Under the pieces are notes generated by a model. The model was not told where the DNA came from. It ran no database searches and saw only the letters and a program-made list of their open reading frames with translations. This document shows positions 39,625 to 48,979 of a stretch of 64,000 nt of DNA, one piece after another. The DNA lies in assembly GCA_044449985.1 (NCBI GenBank), contig JBIOIQ010000004.1, forward strand, positions 141 through 64,140. Reading direction: 5' to 3'. A program made the position numbers and the translations under genes. The DNA is from Candidatus Saccharimonadia bacterium. GTDB taxonomy: Bacteria; Patescibacteriota; Saccharimonadia; UBA4664; JBIOIQ01. The first letter of the stretch is position 1, and each line of letters begins with the position of its first letter.

Positions 39625-40389
39625 CTACTGGAGTTCAAATACGACACTTACTTGAGCGGATACCTGCTGAGTACCAGAGAGTACAATCGGAGCCGATGCT
39701 GCCGGAGTATTCAAAGTTCCGCTAGAGCTCTCACTTAATGGAACAACAACTCCCCCGCCACTACTATCAGAGATCGTCTCCACTTTGCCGAGCTTGGTGG
39801 ATAACTGCGAAGCTTCAGACGACGCATTGAGTTTAGCATTCGCAACCGCTTCTGCTCTCGCTTGCATCTCTAGACTTGAGCTTTTAGCACTACTAAACTC
39901 AGCTTGGGGTGTGACAGTACCGTTTGCGCTGGTCGTTGCTAGATAATCACTGACTTTTTGGACAAGTTTGTCGCTAGATAATGTGACAGTTATACCGTAC
40001 GTCGCGGATAAAGCCCCATAATAGACTGGCATGTTCGGAGCTGCGGAGCTGCTTTGACTTACACCAAGTGGCACGGCACCTGAGTCTGAATAAACATTGG
40101 TCGAAATTTCACTGGACGAGACCCCGAGAGCTTTAAGTCCATTTACGACGGTGTTTCCTGTCGTACTGACTTTAGATAGTGCGTCGGCTGAAGTTGTGCC
40201 GGTCGCATTATAAGTTGGAGAAAATACATAACTATCCGGGGTTGCGGTAATGGTGGCCGAACCGGTGACAGTAATTGTCTTGGTACTTTTTACGATCCAC
40301 GGCCGCCAAAAGTACAGCATCGCAAGTATTACGAGCACTAAAAGTATGCACAATATTCGGAAATCAATTTTAAAATTAAGCTGATGCAT
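39625..40389 (-). CDS. SIMPL (DUF541) domain exported protein
   Basis: It has an N-terminal TM anchor, then ITVTGSATITATPDSYVF. It ends GTQQVSAQVSVVFELQ, which is the typical SIMPL start and end pattern. Confidence 0.6.
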   Translation of the reverse strand: MHQLNFKIDFRILCILLVLVILAMLYFWRPWIVKSTKTITVTGSATITATPDSYVFSPTYNATGTTSADALSKVSTTGNTVVNGLKALGVSSSEISTNVYSDSGAVPLGVSQSSSAAPNMPVYYGALSATYGITVTLSSDKLVQKVSDYLATTSANGTVTPQAEFSSAKSSSLEMQARAEAVANAKLNASSEASQLSTKLGKVETISDSSGGGVVVPLSESSSGTLNTPAASAPIVLSGTQQVSAQVSVVFELQ

Positions 40390-40417
40390 AACGTTTTAAC
40401 CTCATCGTTTCATATAA

Positions 40418-41209
40418 TTATTCATTACCAATGGTACTTAGATCAATCTTGTCACGCTCTTTTGAAACTTCTTGCGTTGAAATATCATCAAAATGCGTGC
40501 TCAGGAGCTCCTCAAGGGGTTGCCACATTCTTTTGGCTTCTTTATGCGTAAGAGTAGCGAATTTTAGCAATATTACCATCAGTAGTGACAAACCGGTACA
40601 TAACACCGCCAGCATAATGGCAAAAATTGGTGAATTTCCAAAATTGGTTTGGAGGGCAAAAAACAATGTGATCCCAAAAAGCACAATTACGACTAACCAT
40701 TCATGGGCATAGATTCTAGTTTCAAACAGATTGTTTAAATGATCACGATTTGTTTGCGTTTTTGAGATTCTAGAATATATCTCGTTCATCACCTCCTTGT
40801 CTGCCCCTTTGGCAGATTTTGAATAGGCTAGAAGCTCATCATAATAAGGGTTATCAGCTCGGACATAGCGGTTACCAACAATACTTTCAAGATATACTTT
40901 AAGTTTGACTTTTAGATCATGCCGCAGCCCCGGTGCAAGTAAATGCGACTGGGTCAGAATATCGAGAATCGTCATTTCTTCATCGCGAGCCGTCGATATT
41001 AATTCAGCAATTCTGGCTTTTTGAGCAGATAAGAGAGGCGTAAAATAATAACCAAATAAGAACGTATTGACCGAAAACAGAGCAAGCTGTCCACTAGTTA
41101 AACTCATGCGATGGATATATACGACGACAAACATAAAAAAGATAAAAAGTATCCAGGCTAGGACACTAATCCGGATTGCCAGCAATTTATTACCCATCAC
41201 ACCAAACAT
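40418..41209 (-). CDS. membrane protein, bestrophin-like/DUF4239-like topology (2+2 TM helices with a central helical region)
   Basis: The call rests on the hydrophobicity pattern only. Confidence 0.3.
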   Translation of the reverse strand: MFGVMGNKLLAIRISVLAWILFIFFMFVVVYIHRMSLTSGQLALFSVNTFLFGYYFTPLLSAQKARIAELISTARDEEMTILDILTQSHLLAPGLRHDLKVKLKVYLESIVGNRYVRADNPYYDELLAYSKSAKGADKEVMNEIYSRISKTQTNRDHLNNLFETRIYAHEWLVVIVLFGITLFFALQTNFGNSPIFAIMLAVLCTGLSLLMVILLKFATLTHKEAKRMWQPLEELLSTHFDDISTQEVSKERDKIDLSTIGNE

Positions 41210-41372
41210 AATAATTATGCTTATATAGTAGATGAGCGCTCTAGAAACCGCAAATACTATTTAATACCTCTGCAACAAAAGCAATTTCGGGTAAACACCA
41301 AAACCTATTTTTTCGCTTATCAAAACAAGCTTTGGTATTTCCCGATCAGTACCAGACTGACCGGGTATGCCC

Positions 41373-41972
41373 TTATGAGGGCTTGGCTGAAGAAACTTCT
41401 CCATAGCGAGTAAGTTCCAGCATTTCTGCAAATCCGGCTCTAAAAAGCCGTTCATTAAAAGATCGCGTGCACCAACGGGGGATGTGGTAAATTTTGCGCA
41501 GTTCACGGCCGTTGCAACCGACGAAATCGCCCAAATTGCGAAAACCGACCTTTGCATAGCGCTGAACAACGTAATTCAAGTACCGAGTATGGCGACCACG
41601 TGAGCTGCGAAACAAATCACGCAAATCGACTGAAGAGTAGTCGGGAACACTTTCCCAGGGCACAAGGACGTTGCAGCTCTGTTCGGCGTAAGCGTAGGTC
41701 GCAAAGAGACTCATGATTTCGCTCTCCGTAGCCTTAATTGAAACTTCTAGCTCCAAGATCTCGGGCATGGCTGCGCCAGAGCCGTAAGGGAATGACCTTG
41801 GAGACAAAGTGACCCGACCTCGATAACGACTGTCTCTAATGCCTTCGACCAGTAACTCATGTAGCAGGGCGAAACTGGGCAAGTGCCCTCTTAGCGTGAA
41901 TTCCAGTCGAGCATCTAAACCGGATAACAGATCGACTTTAGGCATGAGCTCTACCCCCTGTGGACGTATCAT
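41373..41972 (-). CDS. hypothetical protein (199 aa), G+C-rich; C-terminus resembles an RpoA-CTD-type helix-hairpin-helix
   Basis: RYLNYVVQRYAKVGFRNLGDFVGCNGRELRKIYHIPRWCTRSFNERLFRAGF was compared by eye with the alpha-CTD pattern R..N.L...GI..(I/L)G(E/D)L......L......G..S..E(I/V)...L...G. Confidence 0.3.
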   Translation of the reverse strand: MIRPQGVELMPKVDLLSGLDARLEFTLRGHLPSFALLHELLVEGIRDSRYRGRVTLSPRSFPYGSGAAMPEILELEVSIKATESEIMSLFATYAYAEQSCNVLVPWESVPDYSSVDLRDLFRSSRGRHTRYLNYVVQRYAKVGFRNLGDFVGCNGRELRKIYHIPRWCTRSFNERLFRAGFAEMLELTRYGEVSSAKPS

Positions 41973-42278
41973 CTGGGTACACGTATTGCCTTTAAACGGA
42001 CAAACTTCTTGCTCAAGTTTTCAAAAGAACTAGTTACTGACATTGGCACTTTTCGCTTGCAATGTCAATTTTTCCTCGAGTAGTCCATCCAACCCATCAG
42101 ATTGGAACTGGATTTTTTTGGTTTCCTATGCTATAGTTGGTTCAATCTAGAAGCCCGGCATACCCGGGTCGATTTTGTCACACTATGTGCCTAACATAGC
42201 CATAACTTTATCTCATTTTGGAGCAATTAATTGGAGCTTTTCGGTTAAGTTTGACCGAGGCTCAAAGGAGATCAAGCT

Positions 42279-42578
42279 ATGGCAGCTAAATTATTTATCG
42301 GGTCACTTTCATATACCGTGACGGAAGACGAATTAAAGACGCTTTTTGCCGAAGTCGGCACAGTCGAGAGCGCTAAAATCATTATGGATCGTGACAGTGG
42401 TAGATCCAAAGGTTTTGCCTTTGTTGAAATGTCGACTGATGCTGAAGCCCAAAACGCAATCAGCTCACTCAACGGAAAAGAAGTCGGTGGACGCTCAATA
42501 GCTGTCACAATCGCAAAACCCATGACTGATCGACCCGCTCGGCCGGCTTCGAACTTTAACCGAGGTAGCCGCTATTAG
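42279..42578 (+). CDS. RRM-type RNA-binding protein
   Basis: RNP2 is LFIGSL and RNP1 is KGFAFVEM. AAAGGAG lies 8 nt upstream of the ATG. Confidence 0.85.
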   Translation: MAAKLFIGSLSYTVTEDELKTLFAEVGTVESAKIIMDRDSGRSKGFAFVEMSTDAEAQNAISSLNGKEVGGRSIAVTIAKPMTDRPARPASNFNRGSRY

Positions 42579-42681
42579 TACTAAGCCCTTACATTTTTTC
42601 CTTCCGCAATCGAAAAAAGCGCAAACACTTGATCGCTACAATGAGATCATTGCTTTTATAGAAGACCAGCTGGGATGGAAA

Positions 42682-42930
42682 GTGTCGGCTCAACGCATCT
42701 ATAGTCTTGACTATACCCACGATAAAAAACATATCCATATGGAAGTAGGCAAGCTCGAGCCTCTGGAAAATACTTATGAGGTGATAGCGATTTTTCAATC
42801 GAACTCATACGTTGTATTTACGAAGACTAAAACCGGAGCCAATGGCGTGACGATCCTCGTCAGTAAAGACGAGGTAGAGAAGATAGTTGAATTTGAAGAT
42901 AATAGACAAAACATAACAGCGATGATATAA
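42682..42930 (+). CDS. hypothetical small protein (82 aa or longer; the frame is open upstream to 42586 without a canonical start)
   Basis: The ORF track gives a GTG start. The upstream in-frame peptide reads like real protein (SKKAQTLDRYNEIIAFIEDQLGWK). Confidence 0.35.
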   Translation: MSAQRIYSLDYTHDKKHIHMEVGKLEPLENTYEVIAIFQSNSYVVFTKTKTGANGVTILVSKDEVEKIVEFEDNRQNITAMI

Positions 42931-42970
42931 TATAAATTAACTTCTCATGATGAATGCCGGGTACACCTTT

Positions 42971-43010
42971 AACTAATCTCGTCTGTTCATCGCCATAGAT
43001 TAGTTTTTTA
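42971..43010 (+). terminator. candidate intrinsic terminator
   Basis: AACTAATCT, a 17-nt loop, AGATTAGTT, then TTTT. Confidence 0.45.
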
Positions 43011-43024
43011 AAGAAAGGTCCTCC

Positions 43025-44263
43025 TTGAGACAAAACTCATTTCAAACCCCTACTAGCTCAAGAAGCGGTAAGGTATTTCGCAATTCTCGGTTTAATAACT
43101 CAAACAATCGCCCGAAACGGAATGGTCAATATATTGATCCATCGAAGTTCGTTAACCGCGCCAGCGGTACAATAGAAACGGAAGAAGTTTTTATCCCGCA
43201 GCATAATTTTTCGGATTTTGGGCTGCTCGTTACGCTGCAAAATACTTTACGTGAGCGCTCTTACCTTACACCTACTCCGATCCAGGATGGGGCACTCAAG
43301 CCTGCCCTCGCAGGTGGTGACGTTATAGGACTTGCTAACACCGGGACCGGAAAAACTGCAGCCTTTGTACTGCCTATTATTCAACGTTTTAAAACCGGCC
43401 AAGCCGAAGGTATGAGCTTAATTCTCGCGCCTACCCATGAACTGGCAGCTCAAATTGATGCCGAATTTAAATCTTTTGCCAAAGGACTTGGGCTGTATTC
43501 GGCCCTGTGCGTAGGCGGAGCAAACATTGGTAACCAGATTAAGTTACTCTCACGGAGGCCCCAGGTGGTAATTGGTACTCCGGGACGACTGAAAGATCTC
43601 TTTAACCAAGGCTATCTCCCGTTATCCAAAACCTCAATTTTAGTACTCGATGAATTTGATCGGATGCTTGACATGGGCTTTATCCGCGATATTCGATTTC
43701 TACTCGATCAAATTCCCGAGGCTCGTCAAACCCTTTGTTTTAGCGCGACTGTCACGCCGGATATTACACAGATCTTAAGCAGTGTCATGAAAAATCCAAC
43801 CACTATCTCAGTGCGCCGCGGCGAAACCAGTGAGCATATTGAGCAAGATGTAATAGAAGCAGGATCTAAAGAACAAAAATTGGCAAAATTAATTGAGCTA
43901 CTGCGACAGGATGATTTTGATAAGGTGCTGGTGTTTGGACAAACCAAATGGAGCGTACAAAGACTTTCAGAAACTTTAAATAAAGAGGGCTTTCGGACTG
44001 AAGCCATCCACGGCAATAAATCGCAGTCACAACGCGCCAGAGCCTTAGCATCATTTAAAAACGGCCAGGTTGCAATCCTGGTCGCGACTGACGTAGCTGC
44101 TCGCGGCCTAGATATTCCTAATGTCTCACACGTTATCAATTTCGATATTCCCACCACCTATGATGATTACGTTCACCGGATCGGACGAACCGGCAGGGCC
44201 GGGGCCAGCGGCAAAGCTCTGACCTTTGTCACGGGCCCGGGAAACATTGCCCGAAGTGCTTAA
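43025..44263 (+). CDS. DEAD-box ATP-dependent RNA helicase (motif II is DEFD)
   Basis: The Q-motif/Ia is PTPIQ, motif I is NTGTGKT, motif II is VLDEFD, motif III is SAT and motif VI is HRIGRTGRAG. It has a TTG start. Confidence 0.85.
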   Translation: MRQNSFQTPTSSRSGKVFRNSRFNNSNNRPKRNGQYIDPSKFVNRASGTIETEEVFIPQHNFSDFGLLVTLQNTLRERSYLTPTPIQDGALKPALAGGDVIGLANTGTGKTAAFVLPIIQRFKTGQAEGMSLILAPTHELAAQIDAEFKSFAKGLGLYSALCVGGANIGNQIKLLSRRPQVVIGTPGRLKDLFNQGYLPLSKTSILVLDEFDRMLDMGFIRDIRFLLDQIPEARQTLCFSATVTPDITQILSSVMKNPTTISVRRGETSEHIEQDVIEAGSKEQKLAKLIELLRQDDFDKVLVFGQTKWSVQRLSETLNKEGFRTEAIHGNKSQSQRARALASFKNGQVAILVATDVAARGLDIPNVSHVINFDIPTTYDDYVHRIGRTGRAGASGKALTFVTGPGNIARSA

Positions 44264-44308
44264 GGACTAGACCGCCACTTTTTGACACGACCAATCAGAT
44301 GTTGCGTG

Positions 44309-44314
44309 TATAAT
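44309..44314 (+). promoter_or_regulatory. -10 box (TG-TATAAT) placed 7 nt before the ATG at 44322, implying a leaderless mRNA
   Basis: The sequence reads cgTGTATAATtaggctaATG, with no Shine-Dalgarno. Confidence 0.4.
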
Positions 44315-44321
44315 TAGGCTA

Positions 44322-45041
44322 ATGTTTTTATTTACGCGCCGAAATTTCTTAGGGGCACTTTTATTTATGCTCCTGGTCGGCGAGTTTACCGTCCACACAG
44401 TAGTAGTAGACGGATTTTTCGGTATGATCGGGCTCTATATTCTCTATCTCGTCTATTTTCCAGTACTTGACGCAATCATCGCAAAATACAACGTAAGTGT
44501 GATTGGGATAATTCTCATAAATTTTGCACTCTATAGTATCCTTATTACCGGACTGTTGCACGGCGAGCTGGGAGACTACGTCAGACTGCCCCAGAATGAT
44601 CTTATGACAACCCTTATACACCTCCAGTCGGCCGTCTTCCCCATTTTTAGCTACCTCTTGCTGGCCCGCATCATGCCGAAAAGCCAGCCATCATATACTT
44701 CTCTTCGAGGGCCAATTATTGCATTTGTAATCTATGTTCTCCTATTTATTCGCACAAGTTCTTTTGGTCTAATGACGCTTGCCCATACTTTCGCACTGGC
44801 TCCTTTTGCCGCTCTTTTGGGTGTGCTCATAGGGGGATGGGCCTTTTTAAACTTCCACAGCTATAACGCCAGAAATACCTCGCTGCGGGGCGATAAAGAG
44901 CTACTATCAACAGCGTTTCTACTAGGAGTGATTGCGCTTGTCCCTAGTGTTCCAGCGTTTGTAGTCTTGCTGCTCGGAAGTCTCGGCACAATTTTATACA
45001 TACTAAATAAACCAAATTTTCGAGACAGTGGCGTAATTTAA
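44322..45041 (+). CDS. polytopic membrane protein (239 aa)
   Basis: About 7 hydrophobic segments. I recognise no family. Confidence 0.45.
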   Translation: MFLFTRRNFLGALLFMLLVGEFTVHTVVVDGFFGMIGLYILYLVYFPVLDAIIAKYNVSVIGIILINFALYSILITGLLHGELGDYVRLPQNDLMTTLIHLQSAVFPIFSYLLLARIMPKSQPSYTSLRGPIIAFVIYVLLFIRTSSFGLMTLAHTFALAPFAALLGVLIGGWAFLNFHSYNARNTSLRGDKELLSTAFLLGVIALVPSVPAFVVLLLGSLGTILYILNKPNFRDSGVI

Positions 45042-46174
45042 GTAATTACCGCCGAAACCGCCGGCACTAAGCGCTCGTCAAACACTGATGGAATGATGTG
45101 GGTCGCATCGGGTTTTGCAATTAAGTCAGCAATGGCAATGGCAGCATCCAATTTATGCTTATCCGTAATTTGGCGAACCTTGTGATCGAGTGCTCCCCGA
45201 AAAATCCCCGGAAACGCCAAGGCATTATTGACTTGATTGGGAAAGTCACTTCTTCCGGTTGCCACTACTGCCGCCCCCGCTGAGATCGCGAGATCGGGCA
45301 TTATTTCAGGGGTCGGATTGGCGAGCGCAAAAATTATCGGGTATTTGTGCATCGAGCGCACCATCTCGGGGGTGATGAGACCGGCACGCGAGACGCCAAT
45401 GATGACGTCAGCCCCGGCCACACCGTCAGCTAGAGATCCTCCGAGATTATCTGGATTGGTATGAGCAAGCAGTAATTTTTTCGATTCATTTAGATCAGTG
45501 CGGGAGGCAGATATTATGCCTTTACTGTCAACCGCCAGCACATGTGGACGGGCGTAGAGCTCGAGGAGTTTGGCAATGGCGACTCCAGCAGCACCGGCAC
45601 CAAGAATAACTATTTTTGAGCTCTCAAACTTGCGTTTAGTGAGCTTCATGGCATTTATGAGCCCAGCGAGAACTACCGTAGCTGTGCCATGTTGATCATC
45701 ATGCATTACTGGAATTTCCAAACTTTGCTTGAGCCAAGCTTCAACTTCAAAACAAACCGGAGCCGCAATATCTTCTAAGTTGATTGCTCCAAAACTAGGA
45801 GCTATCGCCTCAACGGCTGAGATAATCTCGTCTGCCGTATGCGCATTTAAGATGATCGGCACACTATCGATACCCGCAAAATGTTTAAAAAGCATGGCTT
45901 TACCTTCCATGACCGGCATGGCGGCTTTTGGTCCGATATCACCAAGTCCTAACACTGAAGAACCATCCGATATGACGGCCACCAGATTATTGGTCCAGGT
46001 ATAAATGGGTAACTTAGCCGGATCTTCGGCAATAAGACGGCTAATCGCGCCAACGCCCGGAGTATAATAGGCCGCTAACTTTTCCGGAGTCAGTTCGCCC
46101 GAATCACGGAGCGAAATAGTAATTTTGCCTTTAAGTTCTTTATGAAGTTTTTTTGCCAGTTCATCGGAATTCAA
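45038..46174 (-). CDS. NAD(P)-dependent malic enzyme (short form)
   Basis: YYTPGVG, VAVISDGSSVLGLGDIG, MPVMEGKA and ILGAGAAGVA match. I moved the start to the in-frame TTG at 46174, behind AAAGGAAAA. The ORF-track start at 46291 would overlap the divergent gene. Confidence 0.8.
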   Translation of the reverse strand: MNSDELAKKLHKELKGKITISLRDSGELTPEKLAAYYTPGVGAISRLIAEDPAKLPIYTWTNNLVAVISDGSSVLGLGDIGPKAAMPVMEGKAMLFKHFAGIDSVPIILNAHTADEIISAVEAIAPSFGAINLEDIAAPVCFEVEAWLKQSLEIPVMHDDQHGTATVVLAGLINAMKLTKRKFESSKIVILGAGAAGVAIAKLLELYARPHVLAVDSKGIISASRTDLNESKKLLLAHTNPDNLGGSLADGVAGADVIIGVSRAGLITPEMVRSMHKYPIIFALANPTPEIMPDLAISAGAAVVATGRSDFPNQVNNALAFPGIFRGALDHKVRQITDKHKLDAAIAIADLIAKPDATHIIPSVFDERLVPAVSAVIT

Positions 46175-46272
46175 ACGGGTTTTCCTTTTAAAACGACGAC
46201 TTATATTGTAAGACGGATAGCTTAAGATTGCGAATCTTCTGAGTAATCTAAACTGTCCAAGCACGAAGGTTT

Positions 46273-47907
46273 TTGGCAAATCGGCCCGCAAAGCTTCATA
46301 CTAGTTTTATGCAAAAAATCGCGCCCCGTAAACAGTTCCGGATCTATGCTATCGGTGTTTTTGTGTGCGTGATTATGAGCTGGGGACTGCGACTTTATCT
46401 CATCAGCAAGACCGGGCTTCCGGGCGTGACGGGTGCGAACCAAATTATTAGTGATGAAGTCTCAATGCAAAATATTATCTGGGACGTAACGCATGGACTG
46501 CGGGGAGTACTGCAACTACCAAGTGATAATTGGTCGATCAAGTATACCCTCTACTGGTTAATCATCCCTAGCCACCTGGCGCCTTTTGCAAAACTTTATC
46601 TAGAAAGTGCGCTCATTCTAACACTTACCTGCGCCCTACTGTTGTACTCGATAGCCCAGGCAATGAACTACTTTAATTTTAGCGTTCGCGAAAAAAAACT
46701 CGGAGTAATTGTCATCGGTCTTTATTTAGCGATGCTGCCACAGACGCTTTTCTATATTTTAAAAGTCCCAAATTCAAGAAATATTGAAATTGGTCTGGCA
46801 GCGCTCCTGGTTGTCCTAACTTTGCGAATCTTAAAATTTGGGCAAGAAAGGGGTCTAATTTACTACATGTTCTACTTCGTGATTGCGACCCTGCTCTGGT
46901 TTGATGATCCCCTCTTTATCGTAAACCTGGCCGTACCTTTAGGGCTAATCACTCTTTATATGACGATTTTCCAACCTAAACTGAGAGATAGAGCCATACC
47001 ACTGCTGGCAGCCATTGTTGGTTCGCTTGCACTAAGCCAAGCTTTCGTTCTCGCTACCGAACGCTACTGGCAGGTTCATTTCTCGTCTCAATCGATCGGG
47101 CTCGCAAATTATACCCTAATTCTGGCAAACCTCCGTCGTCTGGCCAGCTCTGGCACCAACATATTCGGGCTTCATCAACCTTTGGGACAGGGGCTTTTGC
47201 TGTCGCTGGCGCTTAATACCATCTATCTCATAATCTTCGGCTTTATCATCTGGGGTCTCTTCAATTTGTCCAAAATCGACCGGATCGCCGGAGCCATTCT
47301 CGTAATACTTGGGCTGTTCTCGTTCGCAAGCTTTATCTTCGGCCGAAGTCTCCCGCCTTACCCGGATCAGCTTGAATCGAGATACCTGATAATGCTCCTC
47401 CCTATAAGTCTGTTCGGGTTGCTCGGGGCGCTTAAGTCAAAATATAAACATCGCGAAAAAGTCCTAATAGTTCTCCTTGGCATTGGAGTCGTTGGGCTGA
47501 TAATATCTAGTCTTGTGAGTCTCCCTATCGCAACCAGTACGCCTGTTAACCCAGAGACGACTGCGATCATTAAGGAGCTAGCGCAACTGGGAGTAACAAA
47601 GGGTTATGGCAATTATCAATCATCCGCCCTCATTAGCTACTTCAGCGCACACGAAGTCAATGCTGTCTCACTTTCCTGCAACCAGGCGAACGGACAAGTA
47701 ACGTTATATAAGCATATAAATAATTCGGCCGAAGTGGACGTCCCCGCTCGAACCAGTTTCTATATTACATCCGCCAGCAGTTACCCCGACTGTGCGCTAG
47801 CGCGTACGGCGGGCCAGTTTGGCCCGCCGACAAAAGTGATTACACTACCACACTACGCTCTCCAAATAGCCATCTACCCCTATGATATTGGCGAGCGTAT
47901 TCACTGA
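46273..47907 (+). CDS. large polytopic membrane protein with C-terminal extracytoplasmic domain (possible GT-C-type glycosyltransferase)
   Basis: At least 10 hydrophobic segments are followed by a soluble ~110-aa tail. An alternative start is the ATG at 46309. The function call is weak. Confidence 0.3.
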   Translation: MANRPAKLHTSFMQKIAPRKQFRIYAIGVFVCVIMSWGLRLYLISKTGLPGVTGANQIISDEVSMQNIIWDVTHGLRGVLQLPSDNWSIKYTLYWLIIPSHLAPFAKLYLESALILTLTCALLLYSIAQAMNYFNFSVREKKLGVIVIGLYLAMLPQTLFYILKVPNSRNIEIGLAALLVVLTLRILKFGQERGLIYYMFYFVIATLLWFDDPLFIVNLAVPLGLITLYMTIFQPKLRDRAIPLLAAIVGSLALSQAFVLATERYWQVHFSSQSIGLANYTLILANLRRLASSGTNIFGLHQPLGQGLLLSLALNTIYLIIFGFIIWGLFNLSKIDRIAGAILVILGLFSFASFIFGRSLPPYPDQLESRYLIMLLPISLFGLLGALKSKYKHREKVLIVLLGIGVVGLIISSLVSLPIATSTPVNPETTAIIKELAQLGVTKGYGNYQSSALISYFSAHEVNAVSLSCNQANGQVTLYKHINNSAEVDVPARTSFYITSASSYPDCALARTAGQFGPPTKVITLPHYALQIAIYPYDIGERIH

Positions 47908-47921
47908 CGAGACGATATTTT

Positions 47922-48551
47922 TTAAGCCCCGGTTTTGCCCCAACAACCTTCGCTCGCCCGGTGAGTCGTATGATATTTACTCGAAATATGATCGCGACCC
48001 CATTTCATCACACTTGCGAGCCAGATGAGCTCAGTAAAAGCTCCGCGGACATAATCTCGGTAGTGATCATTTGTTAGTCTAGCATTGGCATCAAAAAGGC
48101 TCGCCACTTTAGGAAAATTAACATCGGAAAAACTCGTTACCATACCCATCTCCCGCACGCTAGGCACTAGAGCTTCAATCGCTCTTACTCCGCCCCACTG
48201 CCCGGAGGATAACGAAATAAAACCGGCCGGTTTGTGAATATAGTTCTCAAGCTCACTATCAAGCATTCGTTTTAAGCTCCCCGGAAAAGAGTGGTTGTAC
48301 TCAGGGGTAACTATCATGAATCCGTCAGCCCGGGCGCTCAGCGCGCTATAGCGGGGGTCTTTCCCAGATGGATCATTGCCATCTTCCGGAAAAATATAAT
48401 TTATGGGATCAACCAGCTCAACTTCAATTTCGGGGATCTCCCGACCGACTTCTTCGACGACTCGAGCGACATGAATAGTTTGACGTTCCGATCTGGTCGT
48501 GCCAACAAGAATTGGAATAAAGAGTGCTTCGTTATGCATGTTAGTTTCCAT
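47922..48551 (-). CDS. NADPH-dependent FMN reductase family protein
   Basis: LFIPILVGTTRSERQT...ADGFMIVTPEYNHSFPGSLKRMLD. Confidence 0.6.
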   Translation of the reverse strand: METNMHNEALFIPILVGTTRSERQTIHVARVVEEVGREIPEIEVELVDPINYIFPEDGNDPSGKDPRYSALSARADGFMIVTPEYNHSFPGSLKRMLDSELENYIHKPAGFISLSSGQWGGVRAIEALVPSVREMGMVTSFSDVNFPKVASLFDANARLTNDHYRDYVRGAFTELIWLASVMKWGRDHISSKYHTTHRASEGCWGKTGA

Positions 48552-48594
48552 AATACCCTAAAACCAGTTGTTTCATGAACTAAAGTTTTACTAA

Positions 48595-48615
48595 ATATAA
48601 CGCTTGACGTTATAT
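48595..48615. promoter_or_regulatory. 8-5-8 palindrome ATATAACG-CTTGA-CGTTATAT, candidate PadR operator
   Basis: Read directly from the sequence. It overlaps the -35 box of the padR promoter, in the divergent intergenic region shared with the FMN reductase gene. Confidence 0.45.
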
Positions 48616-48631
48616 CGTAGCGTGATATAGT
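48604..48631 (+). promoter_or_regulatory. padR promoter: TTGACG, 16 nt, (TGa)TATAGT, ending 6 nt before the ATG (leaderless)
   Basis: The sequence reads cTTGACGttatatcgtagcgtgaTATAGTgaagttATG, with no Shine-Dalgarno. Confidence 0.5.
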
Positions 48632-48637
48632 GAAGTT

Positions 48638-48979
48638 ATGGAAAAACCCGGATTCTTACCCCAAGTTGGCTTTAGTATCCTGCTCGCCCTGTCATTAAAA
48701 CCGAGACACGGCTATGAAATCATGCAGCAAGTTGAAATTGACTCAAACGGCAAAATAAAACTTGGTCCCGGCGCGCTCTACGGCAGTATTAAAACCCTCG
48801 TCGCTGAAGGTCTAATCGAAGAAACAGACGCTAACGCGAGCGATCGAAGGCGCTACTACCAACTCTCCGAGCTCGGCAAAAAACGCCTGGCAGCCGAGCT
48901 GTCTTACTTTTCGGCTAGTGTTGCTCTGGGTCGCGAACGACAAGTCTTAGAAGCCCGGGGAGAGTTCTTGTGGCAGTAA
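48638..48979 (+). CDS. PadR family transcriptional regulator
   Basis: ILLALSLKPRHGYEIMQQV...LGPGALYGSIKTLVAEGLIEE...RRRYYQLSELGKKRL. Confidence 0.8.
   Translation: MEKPGFLPQVGFSILLALSLKPRHGYEIMQQVEIDSNGKIKLGPGALYGSIKTLVAEGLIEETDANASDRRRYYQLSELGKKRLAAELSYFSASVALGRERQVLEARGEFLWQ

Noticed and set aside
41261-41569. Alternative-frame ORF of 102 aa overlapping 41373-41972.
   Set aside because: It is the shorter of two overlapping frames and has no start context. The longer frame has the more protein-like sequence.
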